Positions 1-11,272 of a stretch of DNA of 64,000 bases are shown piece by piece. The stretch spans positions 320,001 through 384,000 of the forward strand of contig CAWDXG010000004.1 of NCBI GenBank assembly GCA_963806225.1, read 5' to 3'. The notes beneath the pieces are model-generated. The model worked only from the letters and a program-made list of their open reading frames with translations, searched no databases and was not told the origin of the DNA. Source of the stretch: an uncultured delta proteobacterium. Its GTDB lineage: Bacteria; Myxococcota_A; Polyangia; Polyangiales; Polyangiaceae. Numbering within the stretch: the first letter of the stretch is position 1; each line of letters opens with the position of its first letter. The position numbers and the translations under genes are program-made.

Positions 1-293
1 CGAGGCCCGCCGTCACCACGCCGCCCGGAGAGTTGATGTAGAGCTGGATGTCCTTGTCCGGATCTTCTGATTCTCAGAAAGAGAAATTGGGCGATGATGA
101 TGTTCGCCACGTCATCGTCGACCTGGCTGCCGAGGAACACGATGCGGTCCTTGAGCAGCCGGCTGAAGATGTCCCAGGTCCGCTCGCCCCGGTGCGTCGT
201 CTCGACGACGTGGGGGTAGATGATGCTGTCCCGGGCGGCTTCCCGCTCCAGTACGTCGAGGGCCTGCGCACGGGTCTCGGGTCGCTTCACCAT
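1..293 (-). CDS. clpP: ATP-dependent Clp protease proteolytic subunit (5' part; runs off the window; 1-nt frameshift near 74)
   Basis: Manual translation: [10 protein letters not shown]...[69 protein letters not shown]; lies directly downstream of tig. Confidence 0.93.
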   Translation of the reverse strand, partial: MVKRPETRAQALDVLEREAARDSIIYPHVVETTHRGERTWDIFSRLLKDRIVFLGSQVDDDVANIIIAQFLFLRIRRSGQGHPALHQLSGRRGDGGP

Positions 294-339
294 GTGTCCG
301 TTCTCCTCCTAGCCAGCCGGAACGCCGAACGCGCCGCGT

Positions 340-1612
340 TCAGGCGTCCTCAATCTTGGCCTTGGATTCGATGATGTCGAGCACCTTGTTCTCCAGGATC
401 ATCCCGACGAGCATCTCGCGCTTCTTGTCGTCCCGGTATTCAGCTCGCAGCTTGGCGATGTTCTTCCCGGACTGCTCGGCGAGCTCTTTCAAGCCTTCTT
501 CGAGCTCCGGGTCGCCGATCTGGATGCCTTCCTTCTTGGCGATCTCGGCCATGAGCAGCCCGGCGCGCACCTTCTCTTCGCTCTCGTTCCGGATGCGGGC
601 GCGCAGATCCTCGCCGAGCTGGCCCTGCTGACCCTGGCGACGGGCCTGCGTGAGGACCTCCTGCTCGGTCACCTGCGCCTGGCGCTGCACCAGCGACGGC
701 GGCAGGGGGATCGGGATTTCTCGCGACGAGGTCCTTGACCAGCTGCTCGGCGACGGAGTTGTCCGACTGCTCCTTCAGCTGCTTCTCCAGCCGCGCCTTC
801 AAGTCCTTCTCGAGCTCGGCCAGCGTGTCGAAGTCGCCGAGGTCCTTCGCGAACTCGTCGTCGGCTTCGGGCAGGACCCTCTCCTTGAGGTCCTTGAGCG
901 TGATCTTGAAGATCGACTTCTGCCCCTTCAGCTCGGGATGGGGATGCGTCTCCGGCATCTCCACCTCGGCGTCGGCCTGCTCGCCGGGCTTCTTTCCGGT
1001 CAGCGCCTCGTCGATGGCGGCGATGAGATTCCCCGTACCGAGCTCGACCTGGAAGTCCTTCGCTCCGGCGTCTTCGATCGTCTTTCCGCCGACCTGGACG
1101 TCGAAGTCGATGCTGACCACGTCGCCCTTCTGTGCGGCCCGGGGCTTGTCCGGCGCCTCCAGAGTTGAATGCGCTTCGCGGAGCTTGTCGACCTCGGCCT
1201 GGATCATCTCCTGGGTGACGTCGACCTTCGGCCGCTTGGCCTCGAGCGCGTCGTACTTCAGCGCCTCGATCTCGGGAACGACCTCGAAGCGCGCCTTGTA
1301 GACGAAGGGCTCGCTCTCCACGATCTTCTGCGGCTCGAAATCCGGCGAGCTGACGGGCTGCAGCTGCTTTTCGTCGATCGCCTTGGGAAAGGTGTCGTCG
1401 ACCAGGCGCTGGGCCACATCGGCGGCGATGCGAGCGCCGAACATGTGCACCAGCACCTTGCGTGGCGCCTTGCCGGGACGGAACCCGCGCACCCGGGCGT
1501 TGCGCGCAACGCTCGTGTAGGCCCTGTCCAGCTCGCTTTTTACGCGATCAGCCGGGACGCTGACGTTGAACTCGACAAGGACGGGACTGAGCTTCTGGAC
1601 GTTGACCTGCAT
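340..1612 (-). CDS. tig: Trigger factor (frameshift near 705-715 splits the ORF)
   Basis: MQVNVQKLSPV...RGFRPGKAP ribosome-binding signature, FKBP-like middle, DDEFAKDLG; C-terminus continues in ORF 340-690; tig-clpP order. Confidence 0.95.
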
Positions 1613-1796
1613 CTCGGGAGCGCTTCCCGTGCCATGCTGCGTGCGGCAGGTCAAGCCACTTGGCCGCCGCTCCGCGCCCGGCGCGGCGTGCCCGCGATCG
1701 ACAAGCGGGCCACCGCGCACCACAAACAAAGTGACCCCCGCGGCAGGCAGTCCGCGGGGGCCAGCGTCCCGGGAGGCGGGACGAAAGTCGTTCAGG

Positions 1797-1982
1797 CTAG
1801 TCGTCGTCTTCGTAGCCCTCCTGCTCGGCGGCGAAGAGCGCCGCTTCGAACGGGTCTGCATCGAAGTCGAGCTCGCTTTCCGGCTGCTCCAGATCGTCGA
1901 CGGACCAACCTATGCGCATGTCGGGCCTGAGCGCCTCGCGCTCGAACTCGGCAAAGCTGCGATAACCTCGGGGGGATGCCAT
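1797..1982 (-). CDS. Small acidic hypothetical protein (61 aa)
   Basis: MASPRGYRSFAEFEREALRPDMRIGWSVDDLEQ...; composition unlike GC shadow ORFs; AGGAG upstream on the minus strand. Confidence 0.6.
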   Translation of the reverse strand: MASPRGYRSFAEFEREALRPDMRIGWSVDDLEQPESELDFDADPFEAALFAAEQEGYEDDD

Positions 1983-2382
1983 GTCGTTACTCTCCTGGTG
2001 GGGCTACGGGATGTCGGGTTTCCTGGAGGGGGCGGATTCCGCCCCGGTCGGCGAGGCGGAGGCATGGAGGTTTCGGATGGTCGAGGCGGGCCGGGGCGCG
2101 GGCGGCAGCCAGAACTGCTCTCGCAGGATCCGCTCGACCGCTCTGCCGCGCCCGGCAGGTGGCTCCATCAAAACGGCCCTCAAACCCAGCTTGTGCCGGC
2201 AGGCCCCGAGCTTCCGTCCCAGACTCACCTTTGACTACCTGCACCTACATCTGCACACACAGTACGACACGGTGCAGGTCGGACCAACAAAACGAGAATC
2301 CTCGCCGCTATTTCGATAAGAGCCTATTGCGGTAGCCGGCTCCCACCGTGGCCGGCTATGCCCGCCCGGCGCACACCACGAC

Positions 2383-3151
2383 ATGCCTCACCGACCCGAC
2401 ATCATCGCGATCGCCAACCAGAAGGGCGGCGTGGGCAAGACGACCACTGCGGTGAACCTCGCGGCGAGCCTGGCCGCAGCCGAACAACCCACGCTGCTGG
2501 TCGATCTCGATCCACAGGCGAACGCGTCGAGCGGCGTCGGTCTCGCCGCCGGGCACGGTGGACCGCACCATCTACGATGCGCTCATCGGCGGCACGCCAC
2601 TCGCCGACGTGATCCGGTCGACGCCCATCCCCATGCTCGAGGTCGCGCCCGCGAGCCAGGACCTCACCGCGGTCGAATACGAGCTGTTCGACGAGGAACG
2701 CGGCACGCATCTCAGGCGCGTGCTCTCGAACGCCGATCTCGATCGCTACCGCTACGTCGTGATCGACTCGCCGCCCTCGCTGGGCGTGCTCACACTCAAC
2801 GTGCTCGTGGCCGCCGACCGTGTGATCGTGCCGCTGCAGCCGGAGTACTACGCACTCGAGGGCATCACCTACCTGATGGCAACCATCGACCGCGTCCGCG
2901 GCTCGCTCAATCCGGACCTGACCGTCGAGGGTATCGTGCTCACCATGTGGGATCCGAGAAATCGCCTGGCACACCAGGTCGCCGAGCAGGTGCGGCGGCA
3001 CTTCCACGTCTTCGACGCCGTCATTCCGCGCAACGTGCGTCTGAGCGAAGCGCCCTCGCACGGGCTGCCCGCACTGCTCTACGACGTGCAGAGCAAGGGC
3101 GCCCAGGGCTATCTGAGTCTCGCGCGCGAGCTCATCGAGGCGCGGGCATGA
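2383..3151 (+). CDS. parA: ParA/Soj chromosome partitioning ATPase (frameshift near 2550)
   Basis: [33 protein letters not shown], then [13 protein letters not shown] and [14 protein letters not shown] in ORF 2558-3151. Confidence 0.95.
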
Positions 3152-4049
3152 ACGCGCGACCCGGCAAGCCGTCGCGCGGGCTCGGCCGCGGGCTGGACGC
3201 CCTGCTGCCGGCGAAGTCCCCTGCCCCACCCGCGCGCTCCGGCGCAAGCTACGGCGAGGGCAACGTCTTTTCCTGCGCCCTGGACAAGATCGAGCCGCAG
3301 AAGGGCCAGCCGCGCCAGCACTTCGACGCCCAGGCGCTCGACGAGCTGGCCGAGTCGATCAAGGAGCATGGTCTGATCGAACCGCTCGTCGTCCGTCGCC
3401 GCCCCGGCAGCGACAGCTTCGAGCTGATCGCGGGTGAGCGGCGCTGGCGCGCCTGCCAGCGCGCTGGACTGCGCGAAGCGCTGGTCGTCGTGCGCGATGT
3501 GTCCGCCAGGGAAGCCTTCGAGCTGGCCCTGATCGAGAACGTCCAGCGCGAGGATCTCGACCCCATCGAGTTTGCCGAGGCGCTCGAGCGGCTGATGAAG
3601 GAGTACGAGTACACGCAGGAGTCGCTCGCCCACCGCCTCGGCAAGGACCGCTCCACCATCGCCAACGCCCTGCGCCTGCTCAAGCTGCCCGCGCGCAGTG
3701 CGCAAGCTCGTGGTAGGCGGCGAGCTCAGCGAAGGCCACGCTCGCGCGCTGCTCGGCGCACCCGACGAGGCGACGCTCGCCGCGCTCGCCGACAAGGTCG
3801 TGCGCGGCCGGCTCAGCGTGCGCCAGACCGAGTCGCATCGTGCGCGCCGCCAAGGCCGCGGCGCGCAACGACAACCCGGCCGGCGCCGGCCCGGGCGGCA
3901 AGAGCGCCTCCGTCCGCGATCTCGAGACCCGCCTCGCCAGGAAGCTCGGCACCCGCTGCGAAGTCCGCGACCGGAAGGGCAAGGGCGAGCTCGTCATCAA
4001 GTACGCCTCGTGGGACGAGCTCGATCGCCTGCTCGAACAGCTCCTCTAG
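3148..4049 (+). CDS. parB: ParB/Spo0J partitioning protein (frameshifts near 3695 and 3835)
   Basis: [62 protein letters not shown]-terminal [24 protein letters not shown] overlap with parA. Confidence 0.95.
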
Positions 4050-4055
4050 CGCGTC

Positions 4056-4538
4056 TCACTCCGACGGCGAGAACATGATCGGGTAGACGACCGTGACGAT
4101 GCCGCCGTCCGGCTTCGGGAACAGGAGCTTCTGGTAGCCCGCGAAGACGCAGGCGATCGCGTCCTTGTCGGGGAGCGTCGAACCCGCGTCCTTCACGTGG
4201 TCTACGTGTCCATCGCGCTCGATAACGAAGCGCGCGACGACCTTCCCCTTCAGCGTGGAATCCTTCGCCAGCCCCTTCTCGTAGCAGAAGCGGAATTCGT
4301 CGTAGTGCGCGCGGATGATGCGCTGGATCACTTCCGGTGGCAGGCGCCCGTCGGTGTGCGGCTGGCCCCCCGCGCGCCCGACTGGTTTCGCGGACGGCAC
4401 CTCGGCGACGTTCTTTCCGGGCGCCGCCGTCCCCGTTTTCGGCGCACACGCCGCGGCAAGCAGCGCCGCGAGCGACACCGCACCCCACACCCGACCCCGC
4501 CGCCGACAACTCGCTCCCATCGCTCGGCATCGTACCAT
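4056..4538 (-). CDS. Lipoprotein with AgmX/PglI-type (TonB C-terminal-like) domain
   Basis: LAAAC lipobox; [25 protein letters not shown]...[17 protein letters not shown]; start uncertain. Confidence 0.8.
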   Translation of the reverse strand: MVRCRAMGASCRRRGRVWGAVSLAALLAAACAPKTGTAAPGKNVAEVPSAKPVGRAGGQPHTDGRLPPEVIQRIIRAHYDEFRFCYEKGLAKDSTLKGKVVARFVIERDGHVDHVKDAGSTLPDKDAIACVFAGYQKLLFPKPDGGIVTVVYPIMFSPSE

Positions 4539-4585
4539 CGCAGACGATGAAGCCGGGCGCGGGGCGCCAGAGCGCGCCAGCGGCC

Positions 4586-5653
4586 CTACTTCCCGGCTTT
4601 GACGGCCGCGATGGCCTTCTTTGCGGCCTCGCCGACTTTCTTGCCGGCGCCGAGGGTGGCGGCTTTTTTGAACTCGGCGAGGGCTTCCTTCTTCTTGCCC
4701 TGATCCTTGTAGAGCTGGCCGAGGTAGAAGTGCGGCTCGGCGAGCCTGTCGTCGAGCTTCGCGGCGGCTTCGTAGTCGGCCTTCTCGCCGGCGGCGTCCT
4801 TCATGCCGTGACGGCAGCGACCGCGCAACACGTGCAGGCCCGGCACGTCCTTGGCCTGGATTGCCTTGTCCAGCGCGCCGACGCAGTCGCTGAACTTGTG
4901 CATGCGCGCATACAGATCGCCCATCGCCGCGAGCAGCTTCGGATCGTCGGCGGTGATCTGGCGCAGTTGGGCCATCGCGTCGTCCGGCTTGCCCGCGGCG
5001 GCGAGGTTCTCGGCGTAGGCGAAGCGCAGCTCCATGTTCTTCGGCTGCGCGGCCACGGCGTCCGCGTAGGCCTTGATGGCGCCGGGCTTGTCGCCTGCGG
5101 CTTCGGTCGCCAGCGCCAGGTTCATGAGCAGCCCCGGATCCTTCGGCGCGCTCGCGAGCCCCGCCTTGACGACCTTCACGGCTTCTTCCGGCTGCTTCAT
5201 GTCGAGCAGCAGCGCCGAGAGGTTCATGCTCGCCTGCAACAGCTTCGGATCGAGCTTCAGCGCCTGCCGGTACAGATCCGCCGCGCTCTGGCCGTCGCCC
5301 AGGCCCTCGTCGGCCACGCCCAGGTAGAACGCCGCCTGGGGATCCTTCGGGTCCGCGGCGTGGGCCTCGGTGAGCACCGACTTCGCCTTGGCAAAGTCCT
5401 TGGCCTGGATGGAATCGATCCCCTGCTGCACCTTGGCGCTGGAAGCCTTCACCACCGCGCCGCCGCCCCCTCCCGCGCCGGCGGACTGCGCGTTGTCATC
5501 GAGCGGCGGCGGGTTGTCCGGCGCCTTGGGGCCCGGAGCCGGACCGCATCCGATGGACAGGACGACGAGCGCGGCCGACAGAACGCCCGCGCCGGACAGA
5601 CGCGCCGTGCGCCGACGCCTGGGTGAAGTGCTTGTGCTGCCCTGGGCTCTCAT
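4586..5653 (-). CDS. TPR-repeat lipoprotein
   Basis: LSIGC lipobox followed by several TPR-like helical repeats (AAFYLGVA..., PHFYLGQLY...). Confidence 0.85.
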   Translation of the reverse strand: MRAQGSTSTSPRRRRTARLSGAGVLSAALVVLSIGCGPAPGPKAPDNPPPLDDNAQSAGAGGGGGAVVKASSAKVQQGIDSIQAKDFAKAKSVLTEAHAADPKDPQAAFYLGVADEGLGDGQSAADLYRQALKLDPKLLQASMNLSALLLDMKQPEEAVKVVKAGLASAPKDPGLLMNLALATEAAGDKPGAIKAYADAVAAQPKNMELRFAYAENLAAAGKPDDAMAQLRQITADDPKLLAAMGDLYARMHKFSDCVGALDKAIQAKDVPGLHVLRGRCRHGMKDAAGEKADYEAAAKLDDRLAEPHFYLGQLYKDQGKKKEALAEFKKAATLGAGKKVGEAAKKAIAAVKAGK

Positions 5654-8349
5654 GATGTTCCTGCTCCGGTTGTCGATGCCAGCTTCGCGATGGTCGATAC
5701 GATACGCTCTTGTAGCTCGGCTGCGCGATCGGGATCGGCGATCTTGGCGCCGGCCCGGTCGGTCACGTAGAAAACGTCGGCGACGCGCATGCCCTCGGTG
5801 TTGATCTTGGCCAGCGAGATCGTCAGCCCGGCTTCCTGAAGGGTGTTCGCCAGCCAGAACAGGAGGCCCGGTCGGTCGCGGGTCGTCACTTCGATAACCG
5901 TGTGATCGGTCGCCGCACGGTTGTCGAAGCTCACCTTGGTCGACACTTCCGGCGTCGGGCGCTCCGACCAGCGCGTGGTGCGCGGCTGCCGCCCGATAAC
6001 CAGCTCCGTGGGTTCGAGCTCGCCGGCGAGCAGCCGCCCCAGGTCGCGCTCGAGCCGCGGCACGGCCGCGACCACCGCGCCGGGCTCGGCGCTGCCGCGC
6101 ACCCAGAAGAGATCCAGCGCGCGGACGCGCCCGCTGTCGTCGAGCCAGGAGTAGATCTGCGCGCCGACGACCTGCAGCCGCGCCGCAGCGAGCGTTGCGG
6201 TGATGCAGGCGAGCAGGCCGGGGCGATCGTCGGCAATGAAGCCGAGCTCCACGTACGGATCGTCGCTCTTGATAACGCTGACCGCTCCCTGCTTGAGCCG
6301 GGCGCTCTTGACGAAGCGCGCGTGCAGGATGATGTCGTCCGGGTCGTTGGCGTACAGGTAGCGCTCGGGCACCGCCTCGACGAAATGGTCGATGAAGCGC
6401 CGGTCGCGCTTGCCCCAGCCCGTGCGCACCTGCTCGGCCACGTCGGGGCGTACTCCGCGGCGCGGCTCGACGCCTTCGGCCAGGAAACGATTCGCCGCAA
6501 CATACAGCTCGTCCAGCATCCGCGCCTTCCAGCTCGTCATGGCCGTCGGGCTGGTCGTGGACACGTCCGAGACGGTAAGCAGATACAGCTCGCGGAGCCC
6601 CTCGGGGCCGTGCACGTCGCCGCGGAATTCCTCGAGGGTACGCGGGTCATCGATGTCGCGCCGGGTTGCCACGTGGTACATCCGCAGGTGCTTGAGCACC
6701 AGGTGCTGTACCTCGCGGATGTCGGCGTCGGGCACGCGCAGCCGCTCGAGGATGCTCCGCGCCATGTCGTGGCCGCGCTCGGAGTGGTTCTTTCCGCCGA
6801 TGTCCTTGCCCACGTCGTGGAGCAACGTCGCAAAGAACAGCACGCGCGGTCGCGCGATCTCGGCGGCGAGCCGTGATGCGAGGGGATACTCCGCCGTCAG
6901 CTCGCCGCGTGCCAGGGCGCGCAGGCGGTCCACCGCGGCGATGGTGTGCGCGTCGACCGTGTACACGTGATACACGTCGTGATGCACGCGCCCGACGACC
7001 GGCGCAAACTCCGGCACCATCGCCACCAGCAGCCCGACGTCGTGCAACTCGGCCAGCACCGAGCCGTTCTTGAAGCGGGTCCGCTGCGAGGTCATCACGA
7101 GCCTGGCGAAGAGCCGCGCGGCCTCGTCGCTGGCGCGCAGCTTCTCGCAGAACGACGGCAGCGTGGCGGCGCGCGCGACCGCGTCGCGGGCGAAGGCATA
7201 GACCGATAGTCCCCGCTTGACGGCCTCGTCGTACAGGCGCAGCGCCTGCGCCGGCTCGGTGTCGAGCGCGCCCGGATGCGCCAGCGACACCGCGCCGTTG
7301 ATCAGCTTGAGCCCGCGGCCGAGGCTGCTCGCGTGCGGGCGCCGCGTAGGAGGCGGCACCGCGCGTGCCACGACCATGTCCCGGGCCTGCGTCAACATGC
7401 GCGCGTGCCGGTAGTAGTCGCTCATGAAGCGCTCGACAGCCGGTCCGCCGCTGCCGTAGCCCAGGTCCACGGCGAGCTGCTCCTGCCGATCGAAGCTGAG
7501 CCGGTCGGAGCGGCGCCCCGAGTAGGCGTGCAGCAGATTGCGCACGCGCCACAGGAGGTTGTTCGAAGCGTCGATCTGCTGCCATTCCCGCGGCACCAGA
7601 ACGCCGATGCGGACCAGATCGGACAGGTCGGAGACGCGCCAGCGCGCGCGCGCCACCCAGTGCGCCACGTCCAGGTCGCGCAGCCCGCCCGGCCCGTTCT
7701 TCACGTCGGGCTCGAGCAGGTAGACGGAACCGCCGTAGCGTTCGTGGCGTTCGGCGGCGCGCTGCTCGAGCCGCTCGATGAATTCGCGGATGGCGCCCAT
7801 GCCGAACACGCCCTCGAACACGCGGTCGAGCATCTGCCGCGTTTCGGGGATCTCGCCGGTGATCACGCGCCAGTCGAGCAGCGTAGTCGCCGTCGGCAGG
7901 TCCTGGTGCGCGAGCTCGATCATCTGCTCGGGCGTGACGACCTGGTGCCCGATGCTCAGGCCGGCGTCCCACAGCGGATAGAGCAGCGCCTCGGCGATCG
8001 GGCGCGCCGCTTCCTGGTCCTCGCCGCACAAGAGCCGCACGTCCAGATCGCTGCTGAAAGCCACCGCGCCGCGGCCGTAGCTGCCGACGGCCGCGAGCGA
8101 TACTGGCGTCCAGCTCTGGTCGCGGGTCATCGCCGCCTTGACCGCGTGGTAGAGCGACGACAGGAGCCCGTCGTACGCCTTGGCGCAGCGGCGCCCCGCG
8201 GGCAGCCCGCCCTCCTTGCCGCCGGTGCGGATCATCGACTCCACTTCGCCCCGGTGCATGGCGATGTAGCGCCTGAGCTCCGGCAGCAGAGCCGGCGATA
8301 CCCGCTCGAGGAGCGGAACCTGTGCGTCCACCGAAACAGTCGAGGTCAT
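5650..8349 (-). CDS. glnD: [Protein-PII] uridylyltransferase
   Basis: AVGSYGRG..SSDLDV nucleotidyltransferase motif, EPDVKNGPGGLRDL, HVYTVDAH, LLHDVGK HD domain, two ACT domains (DRPGLL). Confidence 0.97.
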   Translation of the reverse strand: MTSTVSVDAQVPLLERVSPALLPELRRYIAMHRGEVESMIRTGGKEGGLPAGRRCAKAYDGLLSSLYHAVKAAMTRDQSWTPVSLAAVGSYGRGAVAFSSDLDVRLLCGEDQEAARPIAEALLYPLWDAGLSIGHQVVTPEQMIELAHQDLPTATTLLDWRVITGEIPETRQMLDRVFEGVFGMGAIREFIERLEQRAAERHERYGGSVYLLEPDVKNGPGGLRDLDVAHWVARARWRVSDLSDLVRIGVLVPREWQQIDASNNLLWRVRNLLHAYSGRRSDRLSFDRQEQLAVDLGYGSGGPAVERFMSDYYRHARMLTQARDMVVARAVPPPTRRPHASSLGRGLKLINGAVSLAHPGALDTEPAQALRLYDEAVKRGLSVYAFARDAVARAATLPSFCEKLRASDEAARLFARLVMTSQRTRFKNGSVLAELHDVGLLVAMVPEFAPVVGRVHHDVYHVYTVDAHTIAAVDRLRALARGELTAEYPLASRLAAEIARPRVLFFATLLHDVGKDIGGKNHSERGHDMARSILERLRVPDADIREVQHLVLKHLRMYHVATRRDIDDPRTLEEFRGDVHGPEGLRELYLLTVSDVSTTSPTAMTSWKARMLDELYVAANRFLAEGVEPRRGVRPDVAEQVRTGWGKRDRRFIDHFVEAVPERYLYANDPDDIILHARFVKSARLKQGAVSVIKSDDPYVELGFIADDRPGLLACITATLAAARLQVVGAQIYSWLDDSGRVRALDLFWVRGSAEPGAVVAAVPRLERDLGRLLAGELEPTELVIGRQPRTTRWSERPTPEVSTKVSFDNRAATDHTVIEVTTRDRPGLLFWLANTLQEAGLTISLAKINTEGMRVADVFYVTDRAGAKIADPDRAAELQERIVSTIAKLASTTGAGTS

Positions 8350-8551
8350 GCCGGGCTGAACCGCCCCCGTGGCGCTAGACCGGGCGGGGGGCTCGTTATA
8401 GCGCAGTGCATCGAGCTCTGGAGGAGGAACGGCGCACGGGAGCCTGATCCCCCGCTGCCTGCCCCGGCACCGTGCCGGGAGCGCTGACCGGACCCTGCCA
8501 CGACCAGCGCGACTGGTCGAATCCGGCGCACTCGGCTACCCTCGAAGCATC

Positions 8552-9115
8552 ATGCTTGACCGGCGCCGTGCCCTTTCAATGCTCGCCGCCAGCCTGCTTG
8601 TCCTGCTGCTGCCGAGCGGCGCGGGAGCCAGCCTGGCTCGCGCCGTGACCCTCCCCCAGCTCGTGGCCCGGAGCGAGCAGGTCGTGATCGGGACGCCGCT
8701 GGAGGCCCATGCGCGCTGGGAAACCCTCGGTGGGCAACGTCGCATCGTGACGTACACCCGCGTGCGCGTGGATGCGGCCATCGACGGCGGCGGCCAGAGC
8801 GAGCTCTTCATCCGCACTCTCGGCGGCCACGTCGGGGATATCGGACAGGTGGTCAGCGGGGAAGCCGTGCTCTCGATCGGACAGCCCGCGCTGGTCTTCG
8901 TCGGACGCTCGGCGGACGGCGTGCTGGCCGTGACCGCGATGGCGCAGGGCCACTTTCCGCTCCGCCGCGATGGGCACGGCACCCTGCGGCTGCGCCCGAG
9001 CCCGCGCCTTGCCACCCTGGTCGGCGCGCAGCATTCGGCAGTAAAGCGGCTGGTCGGTCACAGTATTCCGGAGGCCGAACAGCTGATCGCAGGAGCCCGC
9101 TCCCATGCACCGTGA
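8552..9115 (+). CDS. Secreted hypothetical protein
   Basis: Signal peptide (RRRALSMLAASLLVLLLPSGAGA); overlaps the downstream protease gene. Confidence 0.75.
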   Translation: MLDRRRALSMLAASLLVLLLPSGAGASLARAVTLPQLVARSEQVVIGTPLEAHARWETLGGQRRIVTYTRVRVDAAIDGGGQSELFIRTLGGHVGDIGQVVSGEAVLSIGQPALVFVGRSADGVLAVTAMAQGHFPLRRDGHGTLRLRPSPRLATLVGAQHSAVKRLVGHSIPEAEQLIAGARSHAP

Positions 9116-10019
9116 CCCGATCCGCGCGGCGCTGGCGGCACTCCTCGTGCTGACCGCAACCGGGACGGCGCAGGCCTACTGCCGCACGACGACCTGCTCG
9201 GCCGACGATCCGAACCTGCCCTGCACGCTCGAAGCCAGCGGCTGCCTGGGCGGCGGCAAGCCGCTGTACTGGTCGGGAGCCTGCGTGTCGTTCTCGGTGC
9301 AGAAGGACGGCTCGCCACTCCGCGACATCAGCGCGCAGGCGGCGGACAAGGTGATCTCGGACGGCTTCAGCCAGTGGGTGAGCGCCGACTGCGGCAGTGG
9401 GCATCCCTCGATCGGGATCTACGATCACGGCCAGGTCAGCTGCAACAAGCAGGAGTACAACCAGAAGAGCGGCAACGCGAACATCTTCGTGTTCCGCGAC
9501 GCGCGTTGGCCCTACGCCGCGAACACCAGCGGCGGAGCCGCCACGAGCGCCGAGACGCTCGCGCTCACGACCATCACCTACAACATCAAGACGGGCGAGA
9601 TCTACGACGCCAACGTTGAGATCAACTCGCACGACAACGAGATCACCATCGGCGACAAGAACGTCGCGGCGGATCTGCAATCGATCGTGACGCACGAGAG
9701 CGGGCACTTCCTCGGCCTCGCCCACTCGCCGAAGGCCAGCGCGACCATGTTCGCCTCGTACCAGTACGGGGACACGAGCCTCAGGTCGCTGTCCCAGGAC
9801 GACGTGGACGGCATCTGCGCGATCTATCCGCCCGGTCGCGACGTGGGCGCGTGCAATCCGACGCCGCGCCACGGCTATTCGAGCGCGTGCGCCGCCCCGC
9901 CGAAGAGCGGCTGCCGCGTGAGCGCACCGGGCGCGCCGACGCGACCCCAGGACACCGAAGCGCTCTGGGGCGCCCTGGTCGCGCTCGGCTTGCTCGCGCG
10001 CCGCCGGCGGGCCGGGTGA
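9105..10019 (+). CDS. Matrixin (M10-like) zinc metalloprotease with MYXO-CTERM-like tail
   Basis: HESGHFLGLAHS zinc motif, Met-turn ATM, C-terminal SGC...hydrophobic helix...RRRR. Confidence 0.9.
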   Translation: MHRDPIRAALAALLVLTATGTAQAYCRTTTCSADDPNLPCTLEASGCLGGGKPLYWSGACVSFSVQKDGSPLRDISAQAADKVISDGFSQWVSADCGSGHPSIGIYDHGQVSCNKQEYNQKSGNANIFVFRDARWPYAANTSGGAATSAETLALTTITYNIKTGEIYDANVEINSHDNEITIGDKNVAADLQSIVTHESGHFLGLAHSPKASATMFASYQYGDTSLRSLSQDDVDGICAIYPPGRDVGACNPTPRHGYSSACAAPPKSGCRVSAPGAPTRPQDTEALWGALVALGLLARRRRAG

Positions 10020-10080
10020 TCGCACGGCCGATCTCTGGTACAAGCGATCCGGGTTGTTGGGCCCGGACAAGGAGAGCGGG

Positions 10081-11271
10081 GTGAGTCGGACTCCTGGGAT
10101 TATCGGAATTGCTCTGGCGGGCGTGCTGTCGCTCGCCGCCTTTTCCTGCTCCAGCGGCGGCACGAAGGACGCCGGAGGCACGGGAGGCGCCGGAGGGACG
10201 GGCGGTTCGTCGAGCTGCGGCCCCGTGACGACGTCTGGCTTCACTGGCGACTGCAAGCCGGGCGCCCCCGAGCAGTGCTGCGCCGCCAATCTGCCGGTCA
10301 TGCAGGTGCGCACCAGCGGCCAGCTCGTTGCGCCCGACTGGTCGTGCATCGGCATCGGCAGTCCGAAGGGCGCCGGCGGCAGCGGCGGGTCTGCAGGCGG
10401 CGGCGGGTCCGACGCCGGGGTCGCAGGTTCCGACGCGGGCGTCGGTGGGATGGGCGGCAGCGACGCCGGCGCGGCTGGCAGCGGCGGCAGCGCCGGTGCA
10501 GGTGGCAGCGACGGCGGTCCGCCGCCCAACATGAACGTCTTCGAGGTGGAGAACTTCGGCGCCGACGGGCTGGTCGCGGATGTCGACGTGGACCTGTTCG
10601 AAGGCGACAGCGTCGTCGACAAGACGCCGTTCTTCACGGGCACGACGAAGGGCGTCGACACGCCAGGCCCCGCCGAGCTGAACTACGGCCAGCTCTACTT
10701 CCCCCACCCATCGAGCCCGATCCTCTCGTATCACGTCAAGGCGAAGCCCGGCATCGCCAAGGACTTCGTCGGCTTCGGCTACGAGGTTCCGGCTCCGCCC
10801 GGCAAGGTGCAGGGCGCCACGGTCTCGCCGCAGCTGTACAACCAGCTCGCCACGTTCGCCGTCACACTCCCGGGTTGGACGCCGCCGGACGATCTCGGCA
10901 TCGTGACGGCGCCCGTCCGCGACTGCAACGGCGATGACGTGGGCGGCGCGCTCTTCAAGCTGATCGACGGCAAGACGGGCCAGGAAGTGCAGCCGGGGAC
11001 CTGCGCCCGCGATCCGCGCTTCATCTACTTCGACGGCAATACGCCGAACACCAAGTGCCAGTACTCCGACTACCGCCAGGCGCTGATGCTCGTGATCAAC
11101 GCGCCGACGAACGTCTCCGGCGCGGACAAGGGGCACGTCTACAAGGTCCAGTTCTTCGGGCGGCTGCGCAGCTCGGACACGAAACCGGTGATGTTCGCCG
11201 AAAAGTCGGTCGAGATCTTCCCGAACTCGGTCAACGTGTACGAGATCAAGCCGAACGTGATGCAGAAGTAG
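10081..11271 (+). CDS. Hypothetical lipoprotein with Gly-rich linkers
   Basis: GTG start after AAGGAG; AFSC lipobox; GC3-biased coding frame. Confidence 0.8.
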   Translation: MSRTPGIIGIALAGVLSLAAFSCSSGGTKDAGGTGGAGGTGGSSSCGPVTTSGFTGDCKPGAPEQCCAANLPVMQVRTSGQLVAPDWSCIGIGSPKGAGGSGGSAGGGGSDAGVAGSDAGVGGMGGSDAGAAGSGGSAGAGGSDGGPPPNMNVFEVENFGADGLVADVDVDLFEGDSVVDKTPFFTGTTKGVDTPGPAELNYGQLYFPHPSSPILSYHVKAKPGIAKDFVGFGYEVPAPPGKVQGATVSPQLYNQLATFAVTLPGWTPPDDLGIVTAPVRDCNGDDVGGALFKLIDGKTGQEVQPGTCARDPRFIYFDGNTPNTKCQYSDYRQALMLVINAPTNVSGADKGHVYKVQFFGRLRSSDTKPVMFAEKSVEIFPNSVNVYEIKPNVMQK

Positions 11272-11272
11272 C

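Noticed and set aside
2540..3845. Programmed frameshifting or a ParA-ParB fusion (ORF 2383-4086)
   Set aside because: No slippery sites are evident; indel errors seen across the window explain it better
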